A stretch of 64,000 nucleotides of DNA, from IMG/VR virus record IMGVR_UViG_3300037454_000906, positions 96,001-160,000 of that record; one strand, 5' to 3'. This stretch comes from a virus. The position numbers were made by a program, and so were the translations under genes. The notes under the pieces were generated by a model. It saw only the letters and a program-made list of their open reading frames with translations, had not been told where the DNA came from and searched no databases. Of this stretch, positions 17,609-27,770 are shown piece after piece (the stretch's first letter is position 1; the number at the start of each line of letters is the position of its first letter).

Positions 17609-17615
17609 ATGAAGA

Positions 17616-17644
17616 AATATAGTAAACTGGCCCCGCCCCGGCAA
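17616..17644 (-). promoter_or_regulatory. early promoter, leaderless
   Basis: TTGCCG-N17-TATATT-N7-ATG. Confidence 0.7.
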
Positions 17645-17660
17645 CATATAAACTGTGTAC

Positions 17661-18717
17661 ATGAATTTCCTTGAGTCAATCGCCACACTGGATATCCCGA
17701 AACCGTTCATGGAAGCATGCGTTTACGGGTACAAGACCATATTCGAGTCCAGCACAAAAATGGAGAGGGCCATCGAGAAAGCGTGCGAGATTGCCGGCGT
17801 CAAGGACGAGGGCGACCTATCCGATGGAAACCATACCTTCAACGACCTGTACTGGCAGCGCTGCGTACTGTTCGCGGTGCTGGTGAACCTGTTCCCCAAG
17901 TTGGCCTGGAAGAGTAAAAAGCACGAGGACGGCGAACCCTGCCATGATGGCAAGAACTTCCTCGTGTGCATCGAGACGCCAAAGGGACCATATTCCTACC
18001 ACTACCCCCTAAAGAACTGGGACTTGTTCAAATGCGTTGAGCTTGAAAGGGCCAAGAAGTTCGACGGGCACACCGACAAGGATGTGGAACGTCTACTCTC
18101 CCTCGTGCCCGAGAATATGCCCAGAAGCGTGCTGAGTGACCTATGGAATAAGAGGGGCGACCACAACATGCGGAACTACCAGAAGCCGGCTCCGCTAGTG
18201 GAAGGCACTTACAATCAGTACAAGTGCTTCCCGCGCAACCAGGTACGCGCCATCTATAGCGGGCATAGCCTGCAACTTTCCGACGGGACGGTGGTTGACG
18301 GGTTTCCGATCGGTATCCGCGGTTCAGTCGAGGTGATTGTCGATGGATGCGAAAAGGGGAATTTCGAGTACACGCCGTTCAGGTGGCCAAGCGACCCGGA
18401 AGAACCGACCCCATCATACTACCAGTACAGAATCACATCCCACATACCGGAAGACAGCCCGAACAGGCCGGCGAACCATGTCCACCTGACGAATTCCCCG
18501 GAAAGCGGACAAGCTGCTCAAATGGGTTTCCTTTTCCAAGGGATGTCCCATCATGGAATCGGTCAGGTACAAGGAAGGACACAAGGATTCCAACGGAGAG
18601 GATGCTCCGTGGACCATAGTGTCGCACAAGACCGGCAAAATCCTCTCGTCACACAAGAGCAAAAAAGCCGCAGAGAAACACCTGCGGCAAATGGAATACC
18701 ACAAGCACAAAGGCTAG
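17661..18717 (+). CDS. multidomain phage protein with SDG.HTF..LY (WDGH-like) domain; probable frameshift near 18492
   Basis: SDGNHTFNDLYWQR...FDGHT; the +1 frame supplies KDSNGEDAPWTIVSHKTGKILSSHK ending at TAG 18717. Confidence 0.65.
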
Positions 18718-19097
18718 TACCTGTTGAAGCATGCACACAGTTCGAGGATGCGTTTGCGACAAACCACGGGAATACGGTAGTCTAGGACCCGCACATATGG
18801 ATAGTGTGGCGAAAGTAATCCACGAAAGGTTATGTGTTGACTCGCATCCTTGGTGAAATTGGGCTCGATGTCAGGCGCACGGCGTTTCAGAAAATCTTTG
18901 AATATCTCCCACACCTCGGCGTTCTTCACAAAACCAATTGACAGTTCCCTGTCTCCATAAAACATAGTGATAATACACGGTTCATAATGCGTTAGCTGAG
19001 AGAGCATGCTCGGCTGCAATTTAGCGGTTCCGAAAAGTTTCCTCAGGAAATTCCCAAAAATGATCCCATATAGTATGCAAAAAATTCTATTCACCAT
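18714..19097 (-). CDS. hypothetical protein
   Basis: ORF. Confidence 0.6.
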   Translation of the reverse strand: MVNRIFCILYGIIFGNFLRKLFGTAKLQPSMLSQLTHYEPCIITMFYGDRELSIGFVKNAEVWEIFKDFLKRRAPDIEPNFTKDASQHITFRGLLSPHYPYVRVLDYRIPVVCRKRILELCACFNRY

Positions 19098-19269
19098 AGT
19101 AGAACTTTTTCTTTATGTGCCCACCCGCGCGGTCGTATATCCTGTCGTTAAACCTTCCCGCGTTGTACTGTCCGCACTTTCCGCATATGAATTCCACCTT
19201 GGGCGACCTACCGAGCAGCATTGCCGGACTCCAGTTCCAGAGCTGAGCTTTCTTGCACCTTACACTCAT
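19087..19269 (-). CDS. small zinc-ribbon-like protein
   Basis: FICGKCG. Confidence 0.5.
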   Translation of the reverse strand: MSVRCKKAQLWNWSPAMLLGRSPKVEFICGKCGQYNAGRFNDRIYDRAGGHIKKKFYYGE

Positions 19270-19278
19270 GATATCTTC

Positions 19279-19719
19279 CTATACGAACGCTGATGGCTTG
19301 GTTTCCGACGGGGTTTCAAGGAACACCTTGCAAGGTTTGCCCATCTTCTTGCAACGCTCTATGTTACACTTGACACCATACGATGTGCCGTTCCAGAACG
19401 CGATCGCCATGTCGCAGTCTTCGGTCATGGCGGCATCTTTGACCTGGTAGAATTCCTCGCCGGATTTGCCTTGCGCCCGGTCCCACAGGGACTTTACTCG
19501 ATCGTAACATACACGACGGGCATGCGGCTTTTCCTGGGAACAATACACGGTAACGTTCTCGTAGCCCTTGGACTTCAGGTATCTCTGGGCCATCTCGTCG
19601 GCTCCATAGCAGTCACCCACCAAGAATTCAACCCCCCTGTCCATGAACCGGTCCAGGGCGTCGGTCATCTCCTTGGTCAATGATTTCAGATGCGAACTGC
19701 CGGAAACGAATACTTTCAT
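19279..19719 (-). CDS. SLOG-superfamily (YspA/DprA-like) protein
   Basis: VFVSGS, VGDCYGAD, KD.AM...CD.AIAFWNG.S.G. Confidence 0.75.
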   Translation of the reverse strand: MKVFVSGSSHLKSLTKEMTDALDRFMDRGVEFLVGDCYGADEMAQRYLKSKGYENVTVYCSQEKPHARRVCYDRVKSLWDRAQGKSGEEFYQVKDAAMTEDCDMAIAFWNGTSYGVKCNIERCKKMGKPCKVFLETPSETKPSAFV

Positions 19720-19728
19720 GGACAACCT

Positions 19729-19950
19729 CTAAGGTGTGGTGGACATCAACGGCAACATTAGCATGTACACTATGGCCATCGGTATCAATGCGTCGATGGC
19801 AAACAGGAGCCGTTCCCAGCGTGACTTGCTGTATCTGTCTATGCAGCTACCGACGATGCAGCCGTTGAACACCGAGTAAGCCACAGTCAGCATGAGTGCC
19901 GCACCAAGCATCATGCGGTAATCTTCGAGCGTGGGGATGGTTTCCATCAT
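19729..19950 (-). CDS. membrane protein
   Basis: Two TM helices. Confidence 0.6.
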   Translation of the reverse strand: MMETIPTLEDYRMMLGAALMLTVAYSVFNGCIVGSCIDRYSKSRWERLLFAIDALIPMAIVYMLMLPLMSTTP

Positions 19951-20447
19951 AAGTTCTCCTTATTCAGGTTGTCGGCCTCTTTCATGATGCGATCAATGTA
20001 TTCCTGCCTGAAACTCGGACCTATGCGGCGAAGTATTTCCCTGAACAGGATGCCGACACTACACAATTCGTTGTGGAACTGCCGGTTGAACTCAATCGCC
20101 TTAGTGGCCATCATCATATCAAGATTCCGGTATTCTTCGGTATACTTTCGGAGTGCGCGCTTCAACATGAAACGCCAGCTTACCTCGATATCATAACTAC
20201 TGGAGGTGACACCGTACTTCCTGATGTATACTGTGGATGTTCCGTCCGAGAATATATAGAGCCGCGAAACTTCAAACTCTTTCTCAGTGCCGCCGAACCG
20301 ATACTGATAGTCGTAGTAACAGCTCACCGCGGACACGATGTGACATTTATTATCGTCCAGTTCGCTAATCGGGACGGTGCGAAAGCGGCAGCCCGATAGT
20401 CCGAACACGTCCCTACATGCTTCCTTGTAATAATCCACCGAAATCAT
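19947..20447 (-). CDS. hypothetical protein
   Basis: ORF with ATGA overlaps. Confidence 0.65.
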   Translation of the reverse strand: MISVDYYKEACRDVFGLSGCRFRTVPISELDDNKCHIVSAVSCYYDYQYRFGGTEKEFEVSRLYIFSDGTSTVYIRKYGVTSSSYDIEVSWRFMLKRALRKYTEEYRNLDMMMATKAIEFNRQFHNELCSVGILFREILRRIGPSFRQEYIDRIMKEADNLNKENL

Positions 20448-20938
20448 TGCACTACATCCTCTTTGGCATCGGGGTTCTTCAGTTTCTCGATTTTCTGGTC
20501 GATTTTTGTCAATTCTTTGTCCAGGGGGGCAACCATGAATTTCTTTTTGTCCTGGATGGACTTGCGCTTCTTCCTCAGGTCGGCCAGCATCCGTTTACGG
20601 AACTCCCTTGACAGCTCATCCTCGGTCATGCCGAGAAAGCCCAGATTGATCTTGATGATGCACTTTTCCTGACGGTACTTATGGAAATGCACATGTAGAC
20701 AATAGATGTCTTTATGGCCTTTTGAGTACATCCACTGGTGAGAGGCAATCTTGTCGACATCGTTCCTGATCTTGTCAATCGATTCGGGAGGATCGACGGA
20801 CAGCGCGTTGCACTCGAGGAGGATTGGGATGACCATCTTCAACTTAGCTACCAACGCATTCTTCGCATTAATATAGTTGGCGAAAAGCTCGTCGCCGGAT
20901 GGCGCTTTCGCCGGTTTGCTTCTTTGGTTAGTTTTCAT
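20444..20938 (-). CDS. hypothetical coiled-coil protein
   Basis: ATG 6 nt after promoter at 20945-20973. Confidence 0.7.
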   Translation of the reverse strand: MKTNQRSKPAKAPSGDELFANYINAKNALVAKLKMVIPILLECNALSVDPPESIDKIRNDVDKIASHQWMYSKGHKDIYCLHVHFHKYRQEKCIIKINLGFLGMTEDELSREFRKRMLADLRKKRKSIQDKKKFMVAPLDKELTKIDQKIEKLKNPDAKEDVVQ

Positions 20939-20944
20939 GAAGGA

Positions 20945-20973
20945 TATATAGCAATTTCTGTGCGCCGTGGCAA
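20945..20973 (-). promoter_or_regulatory. early promoter, leaderless
   Basis: TTGCCA-N17-TATATA-N6-ATG. Confidence 0.75.
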
Positions 20974-20975
20974 CG

Positions 20976-21176
20976 TTACCACTCACAGACATGCCCATCC
21001 TCGAACTTAATTCGATAGACGCAGACATCCCATTTGCCGCTCGGTGTCTTCCAGAACCTCGCCCACACTTCGTGGTACTCGCCGAGGTGTGTCCCGGGTG
21101 CGCAGCGGGACACATAGTGCACCCGATGGCCGAATTCATCCAGTTCGGGTACCATATTCGGATCGATACTATTCAT
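20976..21176 (-). CDS. hypothetical protein
   Basis: ORF. Confidence 0.55.
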   Translation of the reverse strand: MNSIDPNMVPELDEFGHRVHYVSRCAPGTHLGEYHEVWARFWKTPSGKWDVCVYRIKFEDGHVCEW

Positions 21177-21645
21177 GCGAAACTCCCAGCAGCTTGCGTG
21201 GATCCTGGATCAGGTATCCGCGATTGTCCAGATAGTCCATTATGTTGTTGACTATCTTGCAGAAGGTGTCCTTGTCACCCAGGGTGGTTTCCATGATGAC
21301 CGCTTCGCCCTGGTCCGCCCTCAGTTCAAGGGTCTTCCGCCCGAGAGCGCAGACATCAATGCTCGCATGTACTTCATTGCCCCCGTCCTTCTTCGTGAGC
21401 ATGGGGCGATCGAACCTGGCGATAATAATGCCGTTGTCGGTCTCGATGATGCCACTTAGGATTAGTCCAATGCCCCTGGATCCATAACAACGTCCCGTTG
21501 CATACTTGATCGTTGTATCTAATGGCAACTTGCGCTTTGCCTTCTCGTTGATCTTCTTCAACAGGTTCGCATAGTCGACATCGTTCGACTGCGCCAACAG
21601 TTCGCGTGATTCTTGCCTGTATTTTTCCTCTTCTTCGTCCGTCAT
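21169..21645 (-). CDS. hypothetical protein (ETTLGDK motif shared with 41273-41947)
   Basis: ORF. Confidence 0.65.
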   Translation of the reverse strand: MTDEEEEKYRQESRELLAQSNDVDYANLLKKINEKAKRKLPLDTTIKYATGRCYGSRGIGLILSGIIETDNGIIIARFDRPMLTKKDGGNEVHASIDVCALGRKTLELRADQGEAVIMETTLGDKDTFCKIVNNIMDYLDNRGYLIQDPRKLLGVSHE

Positions 21646-21711
21646 GGGATGTCCTTCATTGCAACCGGTATTTGGGATCCGGCAAATTTAGTATTCTGTT
21701 TAAGTGCGGTA

Positions 21712-22092
21712 CTACAGTTTGAGGATGGTTTCAAGGACGGACGCAAGGGCCCGGGGCTCGATCAGAACGCCATGGAATTCCCCGCCGGGGTTGACCGCGG
21801 TGATTCCCGGCGTGTCCAACGGGAGCTTGCCAATACGGACACAGTGTGACGCGAGGTCAATAACTGCACTCATGAGCTGCAAGTCGAGATAGTCCTGCAT
21901 CGGGTCCGCCGATCCAGCAAAGGCACGCGGGACACCGAAATCGAACATGTTCTCCATGCAGATGTCGAAACTGCACCGCGTGTTGTCCTTGATGCCCGAA
22001 TATTTCCAGAACTCATCGTATCCGAATTCGCGTGCCTTCTCAAGAAGTGCCTTGTGGCGATTGCTAAACAGGTATTTTTCCGGTATTTCCAT
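21712..22092 (-). CDS. hypothetical protein
   Basis: ORF with AAGGGG RBS. Confidence 0.65.
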   Translation of the reverse strand: MEIPEKYLFSNRHKALLEKAREFGYDEFWKYSGIKDNTRCSFDICMENMFDFGVPRAFAGSADPMQDYLDLQLMSAVIDLASHCVRIGKLPLDTPGITAVNPGGEFHGVLIEPRALASVLETILKL

Positions 22093-22148
22093 ATTTTCCC
22101 CTTTGATACATTGGTTTATCGCTTTCGATGGCGCCGGGCCGAATGGGT

Positions 22149-22490
22149 TTAGGCCCCACCCAGGACACCCAGAACATCAGTGACAAGCTGTTCTATTGCA
22201 ATTTCGGATTCATGCATAATAATGCGGCCAGCACATACCCTAACATTAAACATAGAACCCATATCATAGTTCTTGTATCTTTCCGGATGGGTCTGACTAT
22301 CCAATTTTGCCATTATTCCTACTGCACAACGGTACGCACTTTCCTTGCCCCCCGGGAAATGCGTTGCACAATATTTTATGAACTCGTTGGAGTCGTTTGC
22401 CAAGTTGCTAACTTGGTCCACTCCAGCCGACTTCAGCATCTGAAAAAGTCTATCCCTAACCGCCCGTTTGAATGCGAGGATGGGTGTCAT
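22149..22490 (-). CDS. hypothetical protein
   Basis: ORF coupled to the yqeY stop. Confidence 0.6.
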   Translation of the reverse strand: MTPILAFKRAVRDRLFQMLKSAGVDQVSNLANDSNEFIKYCATHFPGGKESAYRCAVGIMAKLDSQTHPERYKNYDMGSMFNVRVCAGRIIMHESEIAIEQLVTDVLGVLGGA

Positions 22491-22945
22491 CAGTTGCCCC
22501 TCTTCGCCTGTAGCGCATTGACCACCAATTGGCTTGCCGTCTTGCCATCGAAACGGCCCTTGATGATGGGGGTAAGAATCTTCATGACCTTGCCCATATC
22601 CTTCTGTTCCCGGGCACCAGTTTCATCAATGGCCTTGTCAATTTCGGCCACCACCTCAGCTTCGGACATCTGCGCCGGCATATACTGCTTGTATAAGTCA
22701 AGTGTCTTCTGTTCCTCTCCGGCTCGCTCGGTCTTGCTGGCCTTCATATAGCCATCGATGGTTTCGGTCTTCTGCTTGATGGCCTTGTCGATGACGGCAA
22801 TGCACATCGCGTCATCAATCGGCTTCTGTGCAGAGATCGACGCATTCTTGATATCAGCGACCAACGTACGGAGGGCGGTCAGAGCCACCATGTCATGAGC
22901 CTTCATCAGTTCCTTGATCTTGTCGTTTAGTGTATCTATCAGCAT
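22490..22945 (-). CDS. yqeY: GatB/YqeY domain protein
   Basis: MKA.D...L..LR.L.A.IKN...KQ..E.I..Y...E...Y.P.QMSE.E...KDMGKVM..GRFDGK. Confidence 0.9.
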   Translation of the reverse strand: MLIDTLNDKIKELMKAHDMVALTALRTLVADIKNASISAQKPIDDAMCIAVIDKAIKQKTETIDGYMKASKTERAGEEQKTLDLYKQYMPAQMSEAEVVAEIDKAIDETGAREQKDMGKVMKILTPIIKGRFDGKTASQLVVNALQAKRGN

Positions 22946-22985
22946 ATTGTCTCCTTTTTATGCCATGTACTTCGTGAACACCAAA

Positions 22986-23345
22986 TTAGGTGGACGCGGT
23001 ATCCCCATTTGAAATCAAATTCGACGAACTCGGCCTCTCCAGGCGCCTGGCACCCAGGTCATGGATGATGTCATCCACGAGGATGTCCCACTTGTGTTCG
23101 GCGGCGCCGCCGATGACCGAACCGATGGAAAAACTGCCACAGTCGGGATCATAGTTGTAATCCTGCGTGAGGATCAGGTGGCAAGACGCGTTTGGGAACG
23201 TGCGGAACATGTTCTCAAATTGCAGCATCCTGGCATATGCCTGCCCGAGTGCATCAAGGTCAGTGGACCTGAACACGCCATATCGCACTCCCTTCTCGTT
23301 CTCGTATAGAATCTCGTAGTGGTCGGTATTGTCTGTTTTGCTCAT
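22986..23345 (-). CDS. hypothetical protein
   Basis: ORF. Confidence 0.6.
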   Translation of the reverse strand: MSKTDNTDHYEILYENEKGVRYGVFRSTDLDALGQAYARMLQFENMFRTFPNASCHLILTQDYNYDPDCGSFSIGSVIGGAAEHKWDILVDDIIHDLGARRLERPSSSNLISNGDTAST

Positions 23346-23809
23346 ATTTTTATTCCTTCTAATTTGCATGCCTCCGCGACGTTTCGGAGTATGGTTTTCC
23401 GTTCGTCATCGGATAACGGGGGCAACCTTGAATATTCGTTCTCGATGTTCCATGCGCTATTGACGAGCCAATAAAAGTCCCGCATTCTGTAATACGTGTC
23501 ATCCAGTAAAGATTCCGCATCCCCCTTTTCATAGAATGCCACGATTCCGGAATCGAGGCGCTTGCGCGCGTGCTTACCGGGTATGACTTGCCCGCATTCC
23601 AGGGCGTGCTTCATGGCGTCTTCCCTGTCCAGAAACACGATTTTCCCGTCAATGCACGCCATGAAACCCATGCATACATTGCTGAACACGCCAAAGACAT
23701 GAAAGAGTTCCGCACGCGCTTCCCCGAGGGTCCTACCGCGCCCGAACGGGCACATCACCGGTTGGCCGGACTCGGTAGCCTTAGCTAAACATGCTGCCGT
23801 TACGATCAT
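23342..23809 (-). CDS. phage hypothetical protein (GF...FLDRE.A..A...GQ type)
   Basis: ORF motif. Confidence 0.65.
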   Translation of the reverse strand: MIVTAACLAKATESGQPVMCPFGRGRTLGEARAELFHVFGVFSNVCMGFMACIDGKIVFLDREDAMKHALECGQVIPGKHARKRLDSGIVAFYEKGDAESLLDDTYYRMRDFYWLVNSAWNIENEYSRLPPLSDDERKTILRNVAEACKLEGIKI

Positions 23810-23811
23810 TG

Positions 23812-24417
23812 CTACACCAATTTCGCCGTTTCATTGCCGAAACTATCACAGAAGCCCTTCGGGTAATGGTCGCACGCGCCGTCCTTGGACACCATAATCT
23901 TCTCGCGACCCTCATCGAAAAGCCAGTAGTAGCCTTCGAGTTGCTTTTCCTTGATCTGCGCAAGGGCATTCTGGATGGCAGTGTCGTTGGTGGCCTCCCC
24001 TACCAGGTTGCCTTCCGGGTCAAACAGGAATGCCGGCTTGGCAATATAGTTGTCAATCGTGATGCTGCAGTTCCTCCGCGAACGCACCACCGCGGCAATT
24101 TTCTCGATGTCCTCGCCAATGTGAGCATCACAGCGTCCACTAAGCATGGCGAGCATTGGGTCGATTTTGTATATGGCATCCCTGAAGGCACTATCCGGGG
24201 CACGTTTCACCTTGCCAAAGAGAGATACCGACTTTGGGTCCCGATCAAACTTCTCCTGCCATTTGATTTCGTCCTTCGTATGGGTCATGTCGAAGATAGT
24301 CTTCTTAATTTCATCCAGGTATCCCGGAATGGATGCCAGCATCTCAATTGCATTTGCAATCGGTGTCGGGCAGCCATTCGAGTCGAACAATGTCACGGTT
24401 GTTGGGCTGTCATTCAT
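23812..24417 (-). CDS. hypothetical protein
   Basis: Start MNDSP follows AGGAG. Confidence 0.65.
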   Translation of the reverse strand: MNDSPTTVTLFDSNGCPTPIANAIEMLASIPGYLDEIKKTIFDMTHTKDEIKWQEKFDRDPKSVSLFGKVKRAPDSAFRDAIYKIDPMLAMLSGRCDAHIGEDIEKIAAVVRSRRNCSITIDNYIAKPAFLFDPEGNLVGEATNDTAIQNALAQIKEKQLEGYYWLFDEGREKIMVSKDGACDHYPKGFCDSFGNETAKLV

Positions 24418-24425
24418 ATGTACTC

Positions 24426-24659
24426 CTAGTATAATGCAGCGCTCATCTCGTAGAGGGCCGCGTAAATGTTGTTTAGTTCCCGTTCGGTCATTGCGCCGAG
24501 TTCCCCTTCGCCGAATACCCGGTTCATGACGTAGAACGGATCGTACCACGATTCGCTGCACCCCATCCTGTTCTTGCCGGGAACGGGCTTCGCATCATGG
24601 CACTCCTTGAGGATATGCTCCTTCGTGTAATATTCTGCTCTGCTATTGATCATGGCCAA
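24426..24659 (-). CDS. hypothetical protein
   Basis: ORF. Confidence 0.6.
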   Translation of the reverse strand: MAMINSRAEYYTKEHILKECHDAKPVPGKNRMGCSESWYDPFYVMNRVFGEGELGAMTERELNNIYAALYEMSAALY

Positions 24660-24682
24660 GTGTCCCTGAATACCCGGTTAAC

Positions 24683-25252
24683 TCACGTGCTCTCCCGGAC
24701 CGGGTTCCGCTTGACTACGCGGAAGAGGTTCCCCATGTCCTTGTTGAAACGGGCGACCTCTTCGGGATGGAACGTGAAGTTGCGAAGGTTCTTGAAACGC
24801 TGGGTGGGGTCGGACTTACCGGAGTCCCAGAAGATGTACTTGCCGTAGTTGTCGATTGAAAGTTCCGAAATCATGCGTTCTCGGTCGAAATTCTCGCCAC
24901 CCCTGCATCCAATGAGGATGGTAAGCCAGTCACCGACATACGTTTCGCCCTTGCGCTTGATAAGTTTCGTGACCCCGTACAGCAAGGTGTAAATATAGAG
25001 AGGGTCCTTGTTTATCTTCCTGTAATCTCTCGGTTCGACTAAGTGGATATACTGGAGTTTGTGTTTCGTTTTCTTTTTCGTCTTGATGTCGATTACGGTA
25101 TATGTCGCCGCGATATTCTGAAGGATGACACTACGGTATATCGAGTTGTCGAGATTGGTATGGATGTTATCACCCTTCCGGAGTGACGGCTTTTTAGGCA
25201 TTGTCTTGCATTTCATGGTCAATTTCCCGTAATTAGTCGTCATGGAAAACAT
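24683..25252 (-). CDS. hypothetical basic protein
   Basis: ORF. Confidence 0.65.
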   Translation of the reverse strand: MFSMTTNYGKLTMKCKTMPKKPSLRKGDNIHTNLDNSIYRSVILQNIAATYTVIDIKTKKKTKHKLQYIHLVEPRDYRKINKDPLYIYTLLYGVTKLIKRKGETYVGDWLTILIGCRGGENFDRERMISELSIDNYGKYIFWDSGKSDPTQRFKNLRNFTFHPEEVARFNKDMGNLFRVVKRNPVREST

Positions 25253-25406
25253 TGAATGGATCCAGGATATCGGATAGCAGGTTTTCTGTATCCTCGGCCA
25301 CTTTACGCGCGCCTTTCATTCCCGCCTTGACCGGGGTAGCCGCCATGTCCACAGCCGTTTCCACGGTGTCGGTCACGATGTTAACGAAGCTCGATAATAG
25401 TCCCAT
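25233..25406 (-). CDS. 57-aa hypothetical protein
   Basis: Hand translation MGLLSSFVNIVTDTVETAVDMAATPVKAG...; AAGGAG RBS. Confidence 0.6.
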   Translation of the reverse strand: MGLLSSFVNIVTDTVETAVDMAATPVKAGMKGARKVAEDTENLLSDILDPFNVFHDD

Positions 25407-25453
25407 GGTTCACTCCTTTATTGTGTTTACAGAATATGTACACTTCCTATGGA

Positions 25454-25482
25454 AATATAACAAAACATGTTCACTTTGACAA
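25454..25482 (-). promoter_or_regulatory. early promoter
   Basis: TTGTCA-N17-TATATT. Confidence 0.7.
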
Positions 25483-26049
25483 CATCGGAATATCATGGAC
25501 GCGATGCCATGAGACGTATTCCTTGCATGCCACCCTCTCGCGGAGTTCCTTCTTCAATTGCGTAGCAATACGTTTGATGGAGAAATGGTTGACGTAGTAG
25601 CCAAGAATCGTGCGATTATCGTCGTTTTTTGACTTGAAATGTTCCTTGCCATAACACCAAGAATTGGCCTCACGGTTATACATGATGGTGCATCGGGCGA
25701 ACTCGTACATTGTCGAGCACGGTTGCAGTATGCCCCCCGATTTGCGCAGGATGAACATCACGTTATCGCCACCAAATTCCCGACGTATCTCCAGATAGAT
25801 TCCGTTCCACAGGGTTACAGGGGCTATGAACGCGTTACCCGTGACACCATCACGCCGCGGATGCTTCAATACCTCTTCGATCAGGCACTTATACGTTGAG
25901 AAAACATGGGACATCAATTGCATGAACTTGGTGTCAATGATATCCTTGCGCTTCTCTGCAGCCACGATGCTATCGCGGTCGTTAATGAATGATCGCAAAC
26001 TTTGTTCAATCAATTCATTGACTTCTTGTGGATCATCAATCTTTTTCAT
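25471..26049 (-). CDS. hypothetical protein
   Basis: Leaderless start MKKIDD. Confidence 0.7.
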   Translation of the reverse strand: MKKIDDPQEVNELIEQSLRSFINDRDSIVAAEKRKDIIDTKFMQLMSHVFSTYKCLIEEVLKHPRRDGVTGNAFIAPVTLWNGIYLEIRREFGGDNVMFILRKSGGILQPCSTMYEFARCTIMYNREANSWCYGKEHFKSKNDDNRTILGYYVNHFSIKRIATQLKKELRERVACKEYVSWHRVHDIPMLSK

Positions 26050-26055
26050 GTTCAA

Positions 26056-26117
26056 AATGTAGCAAAAGATGCGACAAGTGGCAACCGGTTGCCGAAATGT
26101 GCCGTTATTGCTACATT
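26056..26117. promoter_or_regulatory. divergent promoter pair with palindromic -35 region
   Basis: Minus TTGCCA-N17-TACATT-N6-ATG; plus TTGCCG-N17-TACATT; GGCAACCGGTTGCC palindrome. Confidence 0.8.
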
Positions 26118-26142
26118 TTGGAAAAACAGGAGAAAAAACGAC

Positions 26143-26796
26143 ATGCTCGCATCAATCAACACCAATCTCAGCGTCTACATCGAACCCAACGAGCGCACCT
26201 GGGAAATAATCCGCGAAAACAAGAAGAAGTATTACAGTCCCGAGGAACTCGACGCACACATCGCCGACATGAAGGAACACCTGGTAGCCGTGAACGTCCG
26301 GGGAGAGACAAAGAAGCTACTGAAGATGCAGATTTGGGGTTTCATGTCGGACTTCGGGGAGCACATGTACATGGACATGCCCGGCCCCTGTTTCGAACAC
26401 AACCAGGTATTCTTCGAGACCGCCGAGCTCTGTCCCATCTACGATGTGTCACCCAAGGTACCGGAACCGGTTACCTATTCAGTCACCAAGGGAAGCGACG
26501 TTGTCATCGAGACCGATTTCAAGGATGGTGAAACGGTTCGGGTTAACTTCGAGAACCTGGAAGAGGAAGGTCTCGACCTGCAACAGGAATTGAATAGACT
26601 GGAAGAAGGACCCCATCACGTGTTCGCCTACTGGGGAATCCCCGGCGAACCGTTGTCGCCATGGAGTGATCAGATCGTAGACGGTGAGCAGGACTACATC
26701 ATACACGAAGGAAAGAACAAGATTATCATTCACAACCAGTATGACGGGGTACTCAAATGCAAGCTCAGTTTCGCGCCATACAGAAAGAAGGACTAA
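26143..26796 (+). CDS. hypothetical protein
   Basis: AGGAG RBS and own promoter. Confidence 0.7.
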   Translation: MLASINTNLSVYIEPNERTWEIIRENKKKYYSPEELDAHIADMKEHLVAVNVRGETKKLLKMQIWGFMSDFGEHMYMDMPGPCFEHNQVFFETAELCPIYDVSPKVPEPVTYSVTKGSDVVIETDFKDGETVRVNFENLEEEGLDLQQELNRLEEGPHHVFAYWGIPGEPLSPWSDQIVDGEQDYIIHEGKNKIIIHNQYDGVLKCKLSFAPYRKKD

Positions 26797-26797
26797 C

Positions 26798-27556
26798 CTA
26801 GTCCTTCCAGAAACAGTATAAACAGCCGTGCGGACACCTGCGCGGCTTTACGTTTAATATCTGTTTCTTCGCTAGGCATTTACAGTCCCCACGCTGCTTT
26901 TTGTCTGGAGCCCCATATTCTTCCCGGACATTAAAGTCAATTCCGAGAAGCGCCAAGTCCTTGTCACTCGCACACCCGCAGCTCACAAAATTATACGGGA
27001 ACAGTTTCGGCTCGGCACAGCATTCGAACTGGAACGTATGGTAATATGGACAGAAAATCGAATCGATGCGCCGGAATACAGCATCCGGTGCAGTGAAAGT
27101 ATCGTAGAAGACCTTGTAGCCTACCGCCGCAAGTCGTTCTTTTACATGGGGATACAGGTCCACCACGGACACTCGGCACCTAATATATCTCTGATACTCC
27201 TCGACCACGGGCTTCCACAGTTCCAGTACCTTGATGATGTTGTCCTGTGTTTCCTTGGACCACAGGATAATCGGATCAAGCCGGAGGACATAGTGGGTCA
27301 GCGGGAAACCTCGGGACAGGAGCTTCCTAAACTGTGCAAATTCGTGTTCCGGTGTCTGGACATTGGGTTCGAGGATAGTACCGCCCTGACCGGTGACCGT
27401 GTGGTGAAAGATTACCCTGTCCTGCACGAGGAGCAGCTTCTCTATCATCTCGTCGGTCAGTTCCTTGGAGATGACTATGTTCGCTTCCAGGAGCTTGGTT
27501 TCCCAGTCCGGCACAAAGCACGGGTCGTATGTTTCGGTGATACCAATTCGTTTCAT
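26798..27556 (-). CDS. DUF1848-like (SP-lyase/radical SAM-related) protein
   Basis: T.TG.G...LEPNV, RLDPI, R..C.C, CPHGCLYC. Confidence 0.7.
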   Translation of the reverse strand: MKRIGITETYDPCFVPDWETKLLEANIVISKELTDEMIEKLLLVQDRVIFHHTVTGQGGTILEPNVQTPEHEFAQFRKLLSRGFPLTHYVLRLDPIILWSKETQDNIIKVLELWKPVVEEYQRYIRCRVSVVDLYPHVKERLAAVGYKVFYDTFTAPDAVFRRIDSIFCPYYHTFQFECCAEPKLFPYNFVSCGCASDKDLALLGIDFNVREEYGAPDKKQRGDCKCLAKKQILNVKPRRCPHGCLYCFWKD

Positions 27557-27572
27557 AAAAATCCCTTATTTT

Positions 27573-27770
27573 TCACGGTTTTCCGGTAGCCCAGATGATG
27601 GAATCCAGTTCAGCCTGCCGCATCTTCGCCAAGGTCGCGTGGTTGTACCGGCAACCCGCCTCGCCCTTCCGGTTCTCGGTTATCTCGTCCTCGCCCCACC
27701 CGAAGATAGCGCATAGCTGGACATTGTCCGAGTAGTCGAAAGTCGTGAAAGGACAGAACTTACACCGCAT
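27573..27770 (-). CDS. Cys-rich small protein
   Basis: MRCKFCPF...C...GC. Confidence 0.6.
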   Translation of the reverse strand: MRCKFCPFTTFDYSDNVQLCAIFGWGEDEITENRKGEAGCRYNHATLAKMRQAELDSIIWATGKP

